64,000 bases of DNA, from contig OZ245010.1 of assembly GCA_965223735.1 (NCBI GenBank), positions 1,712,397-1,776,396 of the forward strand, given 5' to 3'. Positions within the stretch are counted from its first letter, which is position 1; each line of letters opens with the position of its first letter. Source of the DNA: Candidatus Oxydemutatoraceae bacterium. Its GTDB lineage: Bacteria > Pseudomonadota > Gammaproteobacteria > Poriferisulfidales > Oxydemutatoraceae. A program made the translations under genes and the position numbers. The notes under the pieces are model-generated. The model was not told the origin of the DNA, ran no database searches, and was given only the letters and a program-made list of their open reading frames with translations. Of this stretch, positions 48,866-60,097 are shown one piece after another.

Positions 48866-48975
48866 GGGGCGATGATCAGAAGACATGGCGACCATGCTGA
48901 AAGCGCGTCGCGCACGCGGTGCGGGTATTGCGCGTGCGCCTGGCGCTGGGGTAAGGGGCGATGATCAGAAGACGC
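48811..48975. repeat. Tandem duplication, 2 x ~85 bp, spanning the exbB 3' end and exbD start
   Basis: aaagcgcgtcgcgcacgcggtgcgggtattgcgcgtg[t/c]g[t/c]ctggcgctgg[a/g]gt[g/a]aggggcgatgatcagaagac occurs twice (48811-48894 and 48893-48975). Confidence 0.7.
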
Positions 48976-49377
48976 GGCAATCGCGCTACGCCGGTTGAGG
49001 ACGACGCCGGGATCAACCTGACGCCGATGATCGACATCGTGTTCATCATGCTGATCTTTTTCGTTGTCACGGCGTCCTTTATCAAGGAGTCGGGCATCGC
49101 GGTGGATCGCCCGAGTGCCGAGACTGCGGTTTTGCAGGAGCACGCCGCGATCATCGTTGCGATCAGCGCCACCGGCGAGGTGTGGATCAACCACCGCCGC
49201 GTGGACATCCGTGCGGTGCGCGTCAACGTTGAACGGCTGCATCTCGAGAACCCCCGAGGTACGGTGGTCATACAGGCCGACAAGTACTCCGACAATGGCG
49301 TCTTTGTCGAGGTACTTGATCAGGTGCGTCTCGCGGGGGTCGAGAAGATTGCCATCGCCGCGGCCGTTGAGCCGTGA
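48961..49377 (+). CDS. exbD: Biopolymer transport protein ExbD/TolR
   Basis: INLTPMIDIVFIMLIFF TM helix followed by the periplasmic domain. 138 aa. Confidence 0.8.
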   Translation: MIRRRGNRATPVEDDAGINLTPMIDIVFIMLIFFVVTASFIKESGIAVDRPSAETAVLQEHAAIIVAISATGEVWINHRRVDIRAVRVNVERLHLENPRGTVVIQADKYSDNGVFVEVLDQVRLAGVEKIAIAAAVEP

Positions 49378-50048
49378 ACAGGGCTGGTTCGCATCCGGGC
49401 GGTTACGGACGCGGCGGCATCTGGAATCACCTGCATCGTCATTGGCGCTGGCCGGGCGCCGTGCTGCTCGCTGCAATCGTTACCTGCACGTTGTTTTTGC
49501 TGATGCACCGCCTGACTGATGCCGATCACGGCGGCGCGCACGTTTATTCGCAACGCCCGTTGACGCTTGACTTCATCCGCATTGAGCGCGATCGGGCGTT
49601 GATTAAAAAGGCACGTTTCCTTCCGCCGAAGCCGCGGATTGTCGAGCCCGCGGCGCCGGCACGGCTCGAACTACCGGCGCAGCCCGGACCGCTGCTGCCG
49701 GCGCGGCCGGATGTTCAGGCACTGTCCTACAGGCCGGCGATTGATGGCGTGTTCAATGCGATCGGTTTTATCCGCACGCGCGACGCTGCGCCGTTGGTGA
49801 GGGTCCGTCCGGTCTATCCACCGGACGCTGAGCGTCGCGGCATTGAAGGCTGGGTGAAGGCCGTGTTCACGATCGCCGAGGACGGCGGCGTGATTGAGCC
49901 TCGTGTCGTCGATGCCGAACCCGATCGTGTGTTTGATCGCGCCGCGTTGCGTGCGATCTCCAAATGGCGTTACCAGCCGCAGGTGATCGACGGGCAGGCG
50001 ATCCGGCGCACCGGCGTTGAGGTCATCATTGAGTTCAAGTTACAGTGA
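49374..50048 (+). CDS. tonB: TonB-family energy transducer
   Basis: N-terminal TM segment, Pro-rich spacer, and C-terminal TonB domain (YPPDAERRGIEGWVKAVFTI...). ATGA overlap with exbD. Confidence 0.75.
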   Translation: MNRAGSHPGGYGRGGIWNHLHRHWRWPGAVLLAAIVTCTLFLLMHRLTDADHGGAHVYSQRPLTLDFIRIERDRALIKKARFLPPKPRIVEPAAPARLELPAQPGPLLPARPDVQALSYRPAIDGVFNAIGFIRTRDAAPLVRVRPVYPPDAERRGIEGWVKAVFTIAEDGGVIEPRVVDAEPDRVFDRAALRAISKWRYQPQVIDGQAIRRTGVEVIIEFKLQ

Positions 50049-51160
50049 TGACCGTGCGGCGGAATATTCTTTTTCTGGGCATCCTTTGCCTGTTGTCGCC
50101 GTTTGCAGCGGGAGCTGACGGGTTTCTGGTTTCAGAAAGTGCCTACCGCACGTTGTCGCAGGCTGAGGAGCACATCACGCGGCAGGCGCATCGCGAGGCG
50201 GTGGCGTTACTCGACCGTGCGTCCGCCAGAAGCGGTCTGAACGGATATGAGCACGCTTTGTTTGAGCGTCTTGCGGGGGTTGCGCTGATCGGGGTCGGCG
50301 ATTATGCAGCCGCGGTAGCGCGGTTTGAGGTGGTACTGGCGGGTGCGGCTTTGCCCGCCGCCGTGCTCGAGCAGACGAAGTACCGGCTCGCGCAGTTGTA
50401 TCTGCATCAGGCGCGCTACGACGACGCGCTCGCGTTGCTTAAGCCGTGGAGGGACGAAGTTGAGCCGTCTTCCGCCGAAGCGTATTTTCTGATCGCGTCG
50501 GTATATGCCGGACTTGAGCGGCCGGTGGCGGCGCTCGAGTGGGGCGAGCGCGGGCTTGCGCGGGCGGATACGCCCGCTGAAAATCAATACGTCTTTGTCG
50601 CCAATCTGAACCTCGTGCTGGAGCACTACCTGCGCGCCGCTGAGTTGTTTGAGCAGTTGATTGAGCGCCACCCCCGAACTGCGCAGTATTGGCGTCAACT
50701 GTCGGTGGTGTACAGCGAACTCGAACGCGGCGCGCAGGCGCTCGCCGTCGCCGAGTTGGGTTATCTGCAAGGTGTGCTGACTGCGGACAAAGACATGGAG
50801 CGTCTGGTGCGATTGTATTTGCACCGCAAATTGCCTTACAAGGCCGCCGTATTACTGGAGGATGCGCTGCAGACCGACGCTTCCGGCTTTGACGCTGCGC
50901 GTTACCGCCTGCTGGCCGACGCTTGGATCGCCGCCCGCGATTATCGGCGTGCGGTGCGTCCGCTTGGGAAAGCGGTGGGCTTGTTGCACGCCGTCGGCGA
51001 TTTTGAAGAGGAAGCCGAAACACATCTGCGCAAAGGCATGATCCACGCGCACCTGGCACAGTACGGCGAAGCCGAACGCGAGTTTGAGTATTGCCTGAAG
51101 TTTGAGCGCACCCGCGACGCCGCCGGCCGCTGGCTTGCCTATGTACGGACGGATGAATAA
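50045..51160 (+). CDS. TPR-repeat protein (TonB-system associated)
   Basis: Signal peptide followed by multiple TPR-like helical repeats. Conserved position after tonB. Confidence 0.65.
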   Translation: MMTVRRNILFLGILCLLSPFAAGADGFLVSESAYRTLSQAEEHITRQAHREAVALLDRASARSGLNGYEHALFERLAGVALIGVGDYAAAVARFEVVLAGAALPAAVLEQTKYRLAQLYLHQARYDDALALLKPWRDEVEPSSAEAYFLIASVYAGLERPVAALEWGERGLARADTPAENQYVFVANLNLVLEHYLRAAELFEQLIERHPRTAQYWRQLSVVYSELERGAQALAVAELGYLQGVLTADKDMERLVRLYLHRKLPYKAAVLLEDALQTDASGFDAARYRLLADAWIAARDYRRAVRPLGKAVGLLHAVGDFEEEAETHLRKGMIHAHLAQYGEAEREFEYCLKFERTRDAAGRWLAYVRTDE

Positions 51161-51415
51161 CTTTCGGTGCGCTGGGGATGTTTCCGGAATGTCGTCCATG
51201 CCGGGCGACGACTTTAATGGGACTTATGTACTTACGCCACATTGGGAAGCAAGCATCAATTTCACGTTTCGCAGCCCGGCCGACCCTGAAACTCAAGCAC
51301 GGTTCATGTCGATTTCGTTTGACGTCCGTTGTGGCTGATGATGCTTTCTTTATTGACTATCCCCATGCACGCGCTGTCATTACTTTTTGCCTTTGATTGA
51401 CCAAGAAGGAGAACC

Positions 51416-53829
51416 ATGCTGTTTTGTACAGCGAAAACGCGGTTCATCAAGATTGGTTTTTCCAGACTTTCAATTCCGCCAGCGCTTGTCTTGCCGGTGA
51501 TCTTCTTGTTCGGTGCATCTCCGGCTTGGCCCGAAGAGATCGAGACGATTACCGTTATTGGAACGACGCCGGTGCGTCCGGACGATCTGGACTTGCGCGA
51601 TTTTCCCGGCAACATTCAATCTGTCGGCGGCGATGAGATTGCAAAAAGTGGAAGCCCTGACATCTCAAATTATCTTAATCGTCATTTTGGCGGTGTGCAT
51701 ATCAATTCGGCGCAAGGCAACCCGTTGCAATCGGACTTGTACTATCGCGGCTACGCCGCCTCGCCGCTGCTCGGCCTGCCCATGGGGCTTACGGTTTACC
51801 AAAACGGCGTACGTTTGAACGAACCCCTCGGCGACGCCGGTCACCTGGGATCTGGTGCCGATGAATGCGGTCGCCGGTATGAGCCTGCTCGGTGGTTCCA
51901 ACTCTCTGTATGGTCTGAATACGCTTGGCGGCTCGATAGTGCTGCGGATGAAAAACGGTTTTACCCACCCGGGGCATTCGGTCGGGATCGAGGGCGGTTC
52001 CTACCACCGGTTCATCGCAAACTTTGAAAGTGGCGGCAACAACGGCGAGTTTGCCTACTATGTGAATGCGCAGCGCTTTTACGAAGAGGGTTGGCGCGAC
52101 CTGTCCAATTCCTGGTCGGAGAACGTATATGCGGGTTTTGACTGGCGCGGCGACGCAGGCGCGTTGGGAATCAACTATCACAGGGCCATGTCGGACTTGG
52201 CAGGTAACGGCTTGTTGCCTTACGGTCTGCTCGATCAGGACCGGGGCATCATTTTCACTGCGCCCGACATTACCGACAACGACGTATCTATGTGGGTGGT
52301 CAGCGGCGATTACACGTTTGGCGACGGGGCGACTCTGTCCGGCAATCTTTACTATCGTGACAACGACACCGGTTCGTTCAACGGCGACGCTCTTGAAGAG
52401 GACGACGTGAGTGAACTGATCGACAACGGGTTTGGTGGGGAAGGTGGTTTGAGAAACGCTTTGCGGGGCGAATGCCGCGACGCGGTGGAAAGGGCGATGA
52501 ATGAAGGCGACAACTTCGGGGAGGCGGTCGGCGGGAGCGGCTGCGGCGCGGTCAACAACCTCAGCAGCCGCGGGCAGGAATCGCTTGGGGGGGTCTTCGA
52601 GATTGATGTTCCGCTTGATGGGTTCGGCCTGGTTCACGACCTCAGCGCCGGTGTTGGCTATTACGAAGGGTGCAGCGGTTTTGACTCCCGCGTTCAATTT
52701 GCATTGTTCGACCCGGATACGCGTTCGACACGGGGACCGCAATCTGCATCCGGTGAATTCAGCGATGACAGAACCGATATCGACACACGCGTCGAGAGGA
52801 CCTACGTTTACGTCGGCGACAGCATCTCGATCGGCGACGACTGGGTTATAACGCTGTCGGGGTTTTTTCACGACAGAGAGATCAAGTTGCGTGACCGCAC
52901 CGACGAGCAACCGCAGTTGAACGGCGAGCACGATTACGACAATTTCAACTGGGGGGCGGGCGGCGTGTATCGCTGGAATCCTCAATTTGATGTCTATGCC
53001 TCCTACAGCGAATCGAGCCGTCTGCCGACGCCGATCGAACTCGCGTGCAGTGAGAGGCTTGCCCGCAATCCGGAGACCGATGAGGTGGAGGAGTGCCGCC
53101 TGCCCAATGCCTTTCTTGCTGACCCGCCGCTCGACGAAGTTGTTGCAAAAAGCTTTGAGCTCGGCGTGCGCGGCGAGACGTTGAACGGCTGGAGTTGGTC
53201 GCTGGGAGCTTTTCATACGCGCAACAAGGACGACATCATCTGGCAGACGGGGCAGACCCGCGCCCACGGCTTGTTCAGAAACGTGGATGAAACCCGACGC
53301 CGCGGCATTGAAGCCTCGCTTGCCGGCGCCTACGAAAAGTGGGGTTGGAATTTGAGCCACACTTATGTCGAGGCGACTTTTGAAGATGATTTTGAGGTGC
53401 TCAGCCCGAATCATCCGTTGAACGACGAGGAAGGTGGAATGATGACCAGGTCGGTGGAGAAGGGTGACGATATTCCGGGCATTCCTGATCATCTGTTCAA
53501 GGCCGCTGTGGATTATGCTTTCACCGACCGGTTTTCGCTCGGGTTTGACATGATCGCAGTTTCCGGCAGCCATCTTCGCGGCGACGAATCCAATGAATTG
53601 GACGAGCTCAGCGGCTACGCAGTGTTCAACGCGCGCGAACTACAGGATTGCAAACTTTGAGGCGTTTCTGCTGGTTGAGAATCTGTTCGACAAAGATTAC
53701 GAGAACTTCGGCCTGATCGGTGAGGAGCCGAACGAGGTCGTCGGGCTTGACGACATTCCGGATGACGTTCGCTTCTTCGCGCCCGGCGCTCCGGCGTCAG
53801 TCTGGACGGGCGCGAAGCTGTATTTCTGA
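51416..53829 (+). CDS. TonB-dependent outer-membrane receptor, reading frame broken twice (near 51832 and near 53635)
   Basis: Plug domain in 51416..52027, barrel in 51855..53660, C-terminal ...GAKLYF in 53593..53829. Removing a single G at gacgccggtcacc restores NEPLGDAVTWDLVPMNAV. A second 1-nt shift sits in a gcgcgcg run. Confidence 0.7.
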
Positions 53830-53985
53830 CATATCGGGTTTTAATTTTGTGCGTGAATTCAGGATTAACTTGATACTTGCAAGGCGGAATGTCTTCAGGT
53901 AGGGTGCGTGCCGTCTGGACAGGATATCGAGCAGAAGGGGCTTGAGCATGAAGTCCGCAATTTGGAGGGGGCAGGCTGTTTGGCC

Positions 53986-55326
53986 ATGGTGCAACAGCTG
54001 AGCCAGTTCCGCTATGTCATCGTCGGGGCCGGAATCCACGGTCTCAGTACAGCTTATCACCTTGCACTCGAACTCAAGGCGCGCGGCATAGGCGACGGCG
54101 GCGACCTCGTCGTCGTTGACAAATCATCAGTCGGTGCGGGCGCGTCGGGCATCGCCTGCGGCGTCATCCGCAATAACTACTTCCAGCCCGCGATGCGTGA
54201 GTTGATGGTACACAGCGTCGAGGTGTGGGAAAGCGATCCTGAAAGTTACAGTTACCATCCGGTGGGATATATGCAGATCGCCCCCGCCGTGATGCACGAA
54301 GACGTTGCGAGCATCGCCCGGCAGCAAAAAGACATAGGCTACGAATCGGTCTTTGTCGATGGCAAGAAAGACTGCGCAAATTACATGAAGGAGCTGTTTG
54401 ACGATTGGCAGGCGCGGGACATGACTTGCATATTGCATGAAAAGCGCGGCGGCTATGCGAACAACATGAAATCCATGCACGGGCTCGCCGCAAAGGTCAA
54501 GGGCGAGGGCGTGCAGATCCTTGAGGGCGTTGAAGTCACCGGGTTTGAACGCGACTCGGGAAACGGAGCGGTCAGCGCGGTCGCTACGAGTGCGGGACGC
54601 ATCGACTGCGAATACGTCGTCATCGCATTGGGGCCTTGGGTTAAAACCGCGTGGGAGATGCTCGATTTGCCGGCGACGATAACGGTCGGTCAAGACGGCG
54701 CCGCGCGCGAGTTTCCGATGTGGGTTTACTGGTCGTTGCAGGAAGGCACTTTGGGGGTCAAACCGGACTATCTCAAGACCAATGCCGGTGAGTTTCCGCC
54801 GGTGATTCACATTGATTCAACCGCGCCGCTTCATTCCGACGCCGACGGCTCTCTGATCACCGACAAGATGTGGGGCATTTACTACAAGCCGGATTTTGAG
54901 TTTGGCGGCGTTCAGGGTGGCGCCTCGCCGCACCTGATCGATACCGATCCGGACCGGGTCAAGGTGGACCCTTATGGCCCCGCTTCACCTGACTATGTTG
55001 TGGACGACAAGTTTGTGAACATGTGGGTATCGGCGCTGGGTCATTGCCAGAAGCGCTTTGAAGGTACTCTCCCGAAGTACAAAAACGAGCCGTCGGGCGG
55101 CATCGGCGCGTTTACGCCCGACAACTTTCCGGTGTTTGACGTGTTTTGCGACAACTGCTATATCATTGCCGACTCCAACCACGGCTACAAAATGCTGGGG
55201 GTGGGAAAGCTGGTCGCCGAGGAGATCTGTGGTGATAAGAGACACCTGCTGGAGCCTTTTCGCTTTTCGCGCTACGCGGCGGGCAAGTTACACCCGAAGT
55301 CCCACAGCCCGTTTCCGTGGAGTTGA
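53986..55326 (+). CDS. FAD-dependent oxidoreductase (DAO/sarcosine-oxidase-beta-like)
   Basis: N-terminal dinucleotide fold YVIVGAGIHGLSTAYHLA. RBS GGAGGGGG before the ATG at 53986. Confidence 0.7.
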   Translation: MVQQLSQFRYVIVGAGIHGLSTAYHLALELKARGIGDGGDLVVVDKSSVGAGASGIACGVIRNNYFQPAMRELMVHSVEVWESDPESYSYHPVGYMQIAPAVMHEDVASIARQQKDIGYESVFVDGKKDCANYMKELFDDWQARDMTCILHEKRGGYANNMKSMHGLAAKVKGEGVQILEGVEVTGFERDSGNGAVSAVATSAGRIDCEYVVIALGPWVKTAWEMLDLPATITVGQDGAAREFPMWVYWSLQEGTLGVKPDYLKTNAGEFPPVIHIDSTAPLHSDADGSLITDKMWGIYYKPDFEFGGVQGGASPHLIDTDPDRVKVDPYGPASPDYVVDDKFVNMWVSALGHCQKRFEGTLPKYKNEPSGGIGAFTPDNFPVFDVFCDNCYIIADSNHGYKMLGVGKLVAEEICGDKRHLLEPFRFSRYAAGKLHPKSHSPFPWS

Positions 55327-55378
55327 CAGTGGCGGGGCAAGTGGGTAGTTTGCATTGTCAACGAAGGGGGGCTCGAAC

Positions 55379-56857
55379 GTGACAGATCTTGAAAAGCATG
55401 TCAATGCGCCCGGCAGGGCGGAATTGATCGAGAAAGTGCGCGAGAAAATAAACGCACTCGATATTAAATATATTTACTACCAATTTATTTCAGTCACCGG
55501 CCGCATCGTCGGCAAAGGCATTCCGGCGGACCACTGGGAGCGCGTTTCGGAACGCGGCTTTCAATTGGTTTACGGTTCGACCGCCAATCTTTTTCTCGAT
55601 CGTCACGGCGAATATATCGGCTACGGTCCGGAAGCCGCTGAACTGGTCGGCATCGCTGATCCTGAAACTTTCTGCCAGTTGCCGTGGGACAAGCGCGTGG
55701 CGCGCGTGTTCTGTACCTGTTTCCGCAACCGTGAAGAGCCTCGGGACCCCGGCGCCCACCTGACTTCCGACTGCCGCGGCAATTTGCGGATCATCCACGA
55801 AGAATTCAAGGCCAGGCACGACGGTCTGCATCTGCGCATCGGCACCGAGCCCGAGATGATGTGGCTGAAGCGCGGCGACGGCGGCGGCACCAGCGGCGGG
55901 GTGACCAAGCCGAACTGCTATCACATAGACCAGTTTGAAGAGTTGCGCCCGGTATTCATGAAAGTTATAGAGTATTCGGAAGCGATGGGGTTTGACATGA
56001 TACAGGGTGATCACGAAGACGCGCCCGGCCAGTTGGAACTCAACTGGATGTTCGACGATCCGCTCAGGAATTCTGACCGGCTCAGCACTTACCGTCAGAT
56101 CTGCGCGCAGGTTGCACGTGAGTACGGCCTGATCGCGTGCTTCATGAGCAAGCCGTTTATGGGGGTTTCGGCTTCGGGCTGCCACCATAATGTTTCCCTG
56201 TGGCGCGGGGGCGCGGAGGAACTCAACAAACTGCATTACGACAGTTTGCCCGGGTCGAATAAGGTGTTCACTTATCTTAAAGGCGGGGAAAACACGTTCA
56301 TGCCCGACCCGTCCGCTTCGGATCAGCGCAAGCCCGGGCGCGTCGGTCTGCAGGCCATCGGCGGCGTGATGAAGCATTTGTCGGCACTCACCGCGCTGGG
56401 GTCCTCGACGGTGAACTCATATCGGCGCTTGTGGGACACCGGCTTCTGGGCTCCGTTGTTTGCCGACTGGGGATACCAGAACCGCACTTGCGGTCTGCGT
56501 GTTTCCGCTCCCGGGCGGTTTGAATACCGTTCGGTGGACTCGATGGTCAATCCTTATCTGATGGCGGGCGGCCTGCTCAAGGCGTTTGGCGACGGCATCA
56601 GAAACGACCTCGATCCGGGCGAGCCCGAGGAAAGGAACATTTATGAGGTGATCAAGGAAGGCAAGAAGCAGGTCAAGAAGTTGCCGTTGTCTTTGGGTAA
56701 TGCGCTCGACGCACTTGAAAATGACGAAGTGATCAAAAGCGCTTTGCCCGACGAGATGTATAAAGTATTCATGCACTACAAGCGCGACGAGTGGGAGAGA
56801 TTCAACCATACGGTGACCAATTGGGATATCGAGACTTATCTCGATTACCTGCCGTAG
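55379..56857 (+). CDS. Glutamine-synthetase-family enzyme, gamma-glutamylmethylamide synthetase (GmaS)-like
   Basis: GS catalytic domain (..GTEPEMMWL.., NWMFDD, SYRRLW). Adjacent to an MgsABC-like triplet. GTG start preferred after RBS aaggggggc. Confidence 0.7.
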   Translation: MTDLEKHVNAPGRAELIEKVREKINALDIKYIYYQFISVTGRIVGKGIPADHWERVSERGFQLVYGSTANLFLDRHGEYIGYGPEAAELVGIADPETFCQLPWDKRVARVFCTCFRNREEPRDPGAHLTSDCRGNLRIIHEEFKARHDGLHLRIGTEPEMMWLKRGDGGGTSGGVTKPNCYHIDQFEELRPVFMKVIEYSEAMGFDMIQGDHEDAPGQLELNWMFDDPLRNSDRLSTYRQICAQVAREYGLIACFMSKPFMGVSASGCHHNVSLWRGGAEELNKLHYDSLPGSNKVFTYLKGGENTFMPDPSASDQRKPGRVGLQAIGGVMKHLSALTALGSSTVNSYRRLWDTGFWAPLFADWGYQNRTCGLRVSAPGRFEYRSVDSMVNPYLMAGGLLKAFGDGIRNDLDPGEPEERNIYEVIKEGKKQVKKLPLSLGNALDALENDEVIKSALPDEMYKVFMHYKRDEWERFNHTVTNWDIETYLDYLP

Positions 56858-56912
56858 TTTCTGGATTTAACTTAAAACTGCTGTCATCAAGTCTGAAAAC
56901 TCGGAGGAGAAC

Positions 56913-57854
56913 ATGTGCGGAATAGCGGGCATTATTCACACCGGCAGGGAATCCGACATCGGCACCGAGATAGCTTCCATGCTGCAGGCGATGAAGCATC
57001 GGGGGCCCGACTCGGCGGGATTTGCGCTGTACGGTGCGCCGTTGACGGCCGACCATTATGTGATGCGGGTGAAATTTGCCGAGCAGAAAGACCTGGACAA
57101 GGGAGTCAGCGAAAGAGAAGAGGTCCGAAAGAGAAAAGAAGAAGTTATCGGGCGTCTGGAAAAAATGGGTGCCGAAATCGAATCGCAGGAAGACGTAACC
57201 GAGTATGCGTCGCGTATTGTATTTTCATACAGCAAGGAATTGAAAGGTCTCGCCGACTATATCGAGGACATTGAAGACGTCGAAATACTGTCGCTGGGTT
57301 CGGCGCTGGAACTCGTCAAGGATCTGGGGGATGCCGAGCATATCTGCAGACAGTATAAGCTCGGCGGTTTCGAAGGCACGCACGCGATCGGCCACACGCG
57401 CATGGCAACCGAGTCCGACGTGGACATCCGCTCGGCGCATCCGTTCTGGGCGTACCCGTACAGCGACATCTCGGTGGTTCACAACGGGCAGTTGACCAAC
57501 TACTGGGGCCGGCGGCGTGAGCTCGAAAGAAAAGGGCACCGTTTCACTACCGATTGCGATTCGGAGTTGATCGCGGTCTATGTTGCCGACGCGATGGAGG
57601 AAGGACTGGATATGCGTGCCGCGATGGAGAAATCCATCGGCGATCTCGACGGTGTGTTTACCTATCTGGTTGCGACCAGGGACGCCCTCGGCATGGCCAA
57701 GGACATGATGGCTGCAAAGCCGCTGGTGCTTTATGAGGGTGAGGACTGCATTGTGATGGCATCGGAGGAAGTGTCGATCCGCAGTGTTTTCCCGCACGAA
57801 ATTGATACGTTTGATCCTTACGAAGGAGAGATCTACGTATGGCACACCACGTGA
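56913..57854 (+). CDS. Class-II glutamine amidotransferase domain protein (N-methylglutamate synthase subunit A-like)
   Basis: Ntn nucleophile MCGIAGI and a GATase-2 fold. Confidence 0.7.
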   Translation: MCGIAGIIHTGRESDIGTEIASMLQAMKHRGPDSAGFALYGAPLTADHYVMRVKFAEQKDLDKGVSEREEVRKRKEEVIGRLEKMGAEIESQEDVTEYASRIVFSYSKELKGLADYIEDIEDVEILSLGSALELVKDLGDAEHICRQYKLGGFEGTHAIGHTRMATESDVDIRSAHPFWAYPYSDISVVHNGQLTNYWGRRRELERKGHRFTTDCDSELIAVYVADAMEEGLDMRAAMEKSIGDLDGVFTYLVATRDALGMAKDMMAAKPLVLYEGEDCIVMASEEVSIRSVFPHEIDTFDPYEGEIYVWHTT

Positions 57855-58672
57855 CAGCATCTGAAGGGATGCACGGGGAAAAGCTGGCGGGCAGAACCCA
57901 GCAGGTTTTTTTCTCCCCGACCGCTGAAGAGCGTTTTACTTATCCGGACGCTTTTGAGGTTGATTTCAGCAAGGCAGCCGATATAGACGCCGCCGATATG
58001 GACGCGACGGCGGTGAACCTTCAGATCCGTGAATTAATGGGGCAGGGCTACGGCACGATCACGGTCAAGAACCCGGGTGCCAGACATGGTCTCGGCGTTG
58101 GTATCCTGAACCGGCTGAACCTGAACTTTGAGGGCAGTCTGGGTTACTTCGGCTGCGGCTTGGTTGACGGGCCGAACATCCGCATCAGCGGCCGCGTCGG
58201 CTGGTCTTGCGGCGAGAACATGATGTCCGGAACCATCGTCGTGGAGAAAAACGGTGGTTCCACTTTCGGTGCGGCAATTCGCGGCGGCGACCTCGTATGC
58301 AAGGGCGACGTTGGCGGGCGCACCGGAATTGACCAGAAAGGCGGTACCATCATTGTCGGCGGCAACGTCGGCATGAACACCGGTTTCATGATGCAGCGCG
58401 GACGCATCGTCATACTCGGCGACGCCGGTCCCAACCTCGGCGATTCCATGTATGACGGGATTATTTACATCGCGGGCAAGATCACAAACCTGGGCGTCGA
58501 TGCCGTTGAGGGCGAGATGAGCGAAGTGGACGTTCACTGGCTCGAACACAAATTGGCAATTCATGGCCTGGAAGCGCCCGGCGGCGTGAAGAACGTCACC
58601 AAAATCGTGTCCGGCAAGCAGTTGTGGAACTATGACAATCTGGAGCCGACCGAGAAGAAGCTTGTACTGTAG
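57839..58672 (+). CDS. GXGXG-motif protein (glutamate synthase alpha C-terminal-domain-like; MgsB-like)
   Basis: Repeated G-x-G-x-G beta-helix motifs (GRVGWSCGENM, GGRTGIDQKGGTIIVGGNVG). Confidence 0.65.
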   Translation: MAHHVTASEGMHGEKLAGRTQQVFFSPTAEERFTYPDAFEVDFSKAADIDAADMDATAVNLQIRELMGQGYGTITVKNPGARHGLGVGILNRLNLNFEGSLGYFGCGLVDGPNIRISGRVGWSCGENMMSGTIVVEKNGGSTFGAAIRGGDLVCKGDVGGRTGIDQKGGTIIVGGNVGMNTGFMMQRGRIVILGDAGPNLGDSMYDGIIYIAGKITNLGVDAVEGEMSEVDVHWLEHKLAIHGLEAPGGVKNVTKIVSGKQLWNYDNLEPTEKKLVL

Positions 58673-58695
58673 GTTTTTTACCAGGAGATACACTC

Positions 58696-60078
58696 ATGGC
58701 AATCCCGGAAAAAGAAGTTCTGCCCAAGGTTGATTCCGAAGAGAACGCAGAAAACGACCGGCATAATCTCGGTTCGAGTTTTATGTTCCCGCCGAATGTC
58801 ATCAATGACATTCACGTGAAAGCCGAACTTGGCCGATACCGCATGCGCGGTTTCTCGCTGTTCAAGAAAATTCCGACCTGGGACGATCTGACGTTTCTGC
58901 CGGGGACACTGACGCGCTTTGTCATAGAAGGCTACCGCGAGAAATGTGACACCAGGACGGTCATCGGTCCGCGTTGCAGGCGTCCGCTCGAACTCGACAT
59001 CCCGGTGTATATCACCGGCATGAGTTTCGGCGCTTTGAGTTACGAGGCGAAGACCGCGCTCGCACGCGGCGCGACGATGGCCGGGACGGCGACCTGCTCG
59101 GGCGAGGGCGGCATGATCCCCGATGAGCGCCGTTATTCAGGGAAATGGTTTTATCAATGCATACAGTCGCGTTACGGTTTCAACCCCCATCATCTGCGTT
59201 TGGCTGATGCCGTTGAGTTTTTTATCGGACAGGGATGCAAGGTCGGCATGGGGGGGCACTTGATGGGGCAGAAAGTGACTGATCAGGTCGCCGAAATGCG
59301 CTCGTTGCCGGCCGGTATTGACCAACGTTCGCCGGCTCGCCACCCGGATTGGCTGGGGCCGGACGACCTGGCGCTCAAGATCCGCGAGATCCGCGAGGCG
59401 ACGAACTGGGAGATCCCGATCCAGTTGAAACTGGGGGCCGCGCGCGTTTATGACGATGTGCGTATGGCCGCCAAGACCGGGCCGGACAGCATTTACATGG
59501 ATGGGATGGAAGGCGGCACCGGCGCAGGACCGCATCTCGCTACTGAAGACACCGGCGTGCCCGGTATCGCCGCGATCCGCCAGGCGCGCAGGGCACTCGA
59601 CGATGTCGGCAAAAGCGGCGAGATCTCGCTGGTGTATGCCGGCGGCATACGCAATGGCTCGGATGTCGCCAAGGCGCTGGCACTCGGCGCGGATGCGGTG
59701 GCCATCGGTCACTCCGCGTTGATCGCGCTGAACTGCAATAAAGACATCCCCGAAGCCGACTTTCCGAAGGAGATGGGCGTGCAGGCGGGACACTGTTACC
59801 ATTGCCACAGCGGGCGCTGTCCGGTCGGCGTCGCGACGCAGGATCCGGAATTGCGCAAGCGTCTGGATCCCGACGAAGCCGCGGAGCGCGTTTACAACTT
59901 TTTGCATACGCTGACAATAGAAGCGCAACTGTTTGCGCGTGCGTGCGCCAAGACCAGCGTACATTCGCTTGAGCCGGAAGACCTTGCGGCGTTGACGATG
60001 GAGGCTTCAGCCATGGCGCAAGTGCCTCTCGCGGGGACTCAGCATACGGTTGGGCGTCCCGATATGACGCGCTTCTGA
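58696..60078 (+). CDS. Glutamate-synthase FMN-binding-domain protein (MgsC-like)
   Basis: GltS FMN domain motifs (ITGMSFGALS, VYAGGIRNGSDVAKALALGADAV) plus Fe-S cysteines CYHCHSGRC. Confidence 0.7.
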   Translation: MAIPEKEVLPKVDSEENAENDRHNLGSSFMFPPNVINDIHVKAELGRYRMRGFSLFKKIPTWDDLTFLPGTLTRFVIEGYREKCDTRTVIGPRCRRPLELDIPVYITGMSFGALSYEAKTALARGATMAGTATCSGEGGMIPDERRYSGKWFYQCIQSRYGFNPHHLRLADAVEFFIGQGCKVGMGGHLMGQKVTDQVAEMRSLPAGIDQRSPARHPDWLGPDDLALKIREIREATNWEIPIQLKLGAARVYDDVRMAAKTGPDSIYMDGMEGGTGAGPHLATEDTGVPGIAAIRQARRALDDVGKSGEISLVYAGGIRNGSDVAKALALGADAVAIGHSALIALNCNKDIPEADFPKEMGVQAGHCYHCHSGRCPVGVATQDPELRKRLDPDEAAERVYNFLHTLTIEAQLFARACAKTSVHSLEPEDLAALTMEASAMAQVPLAGTQHTVGRPDMTRF

Positions 60079-60097
60079 TTTCCGGGAGATTTATGAA

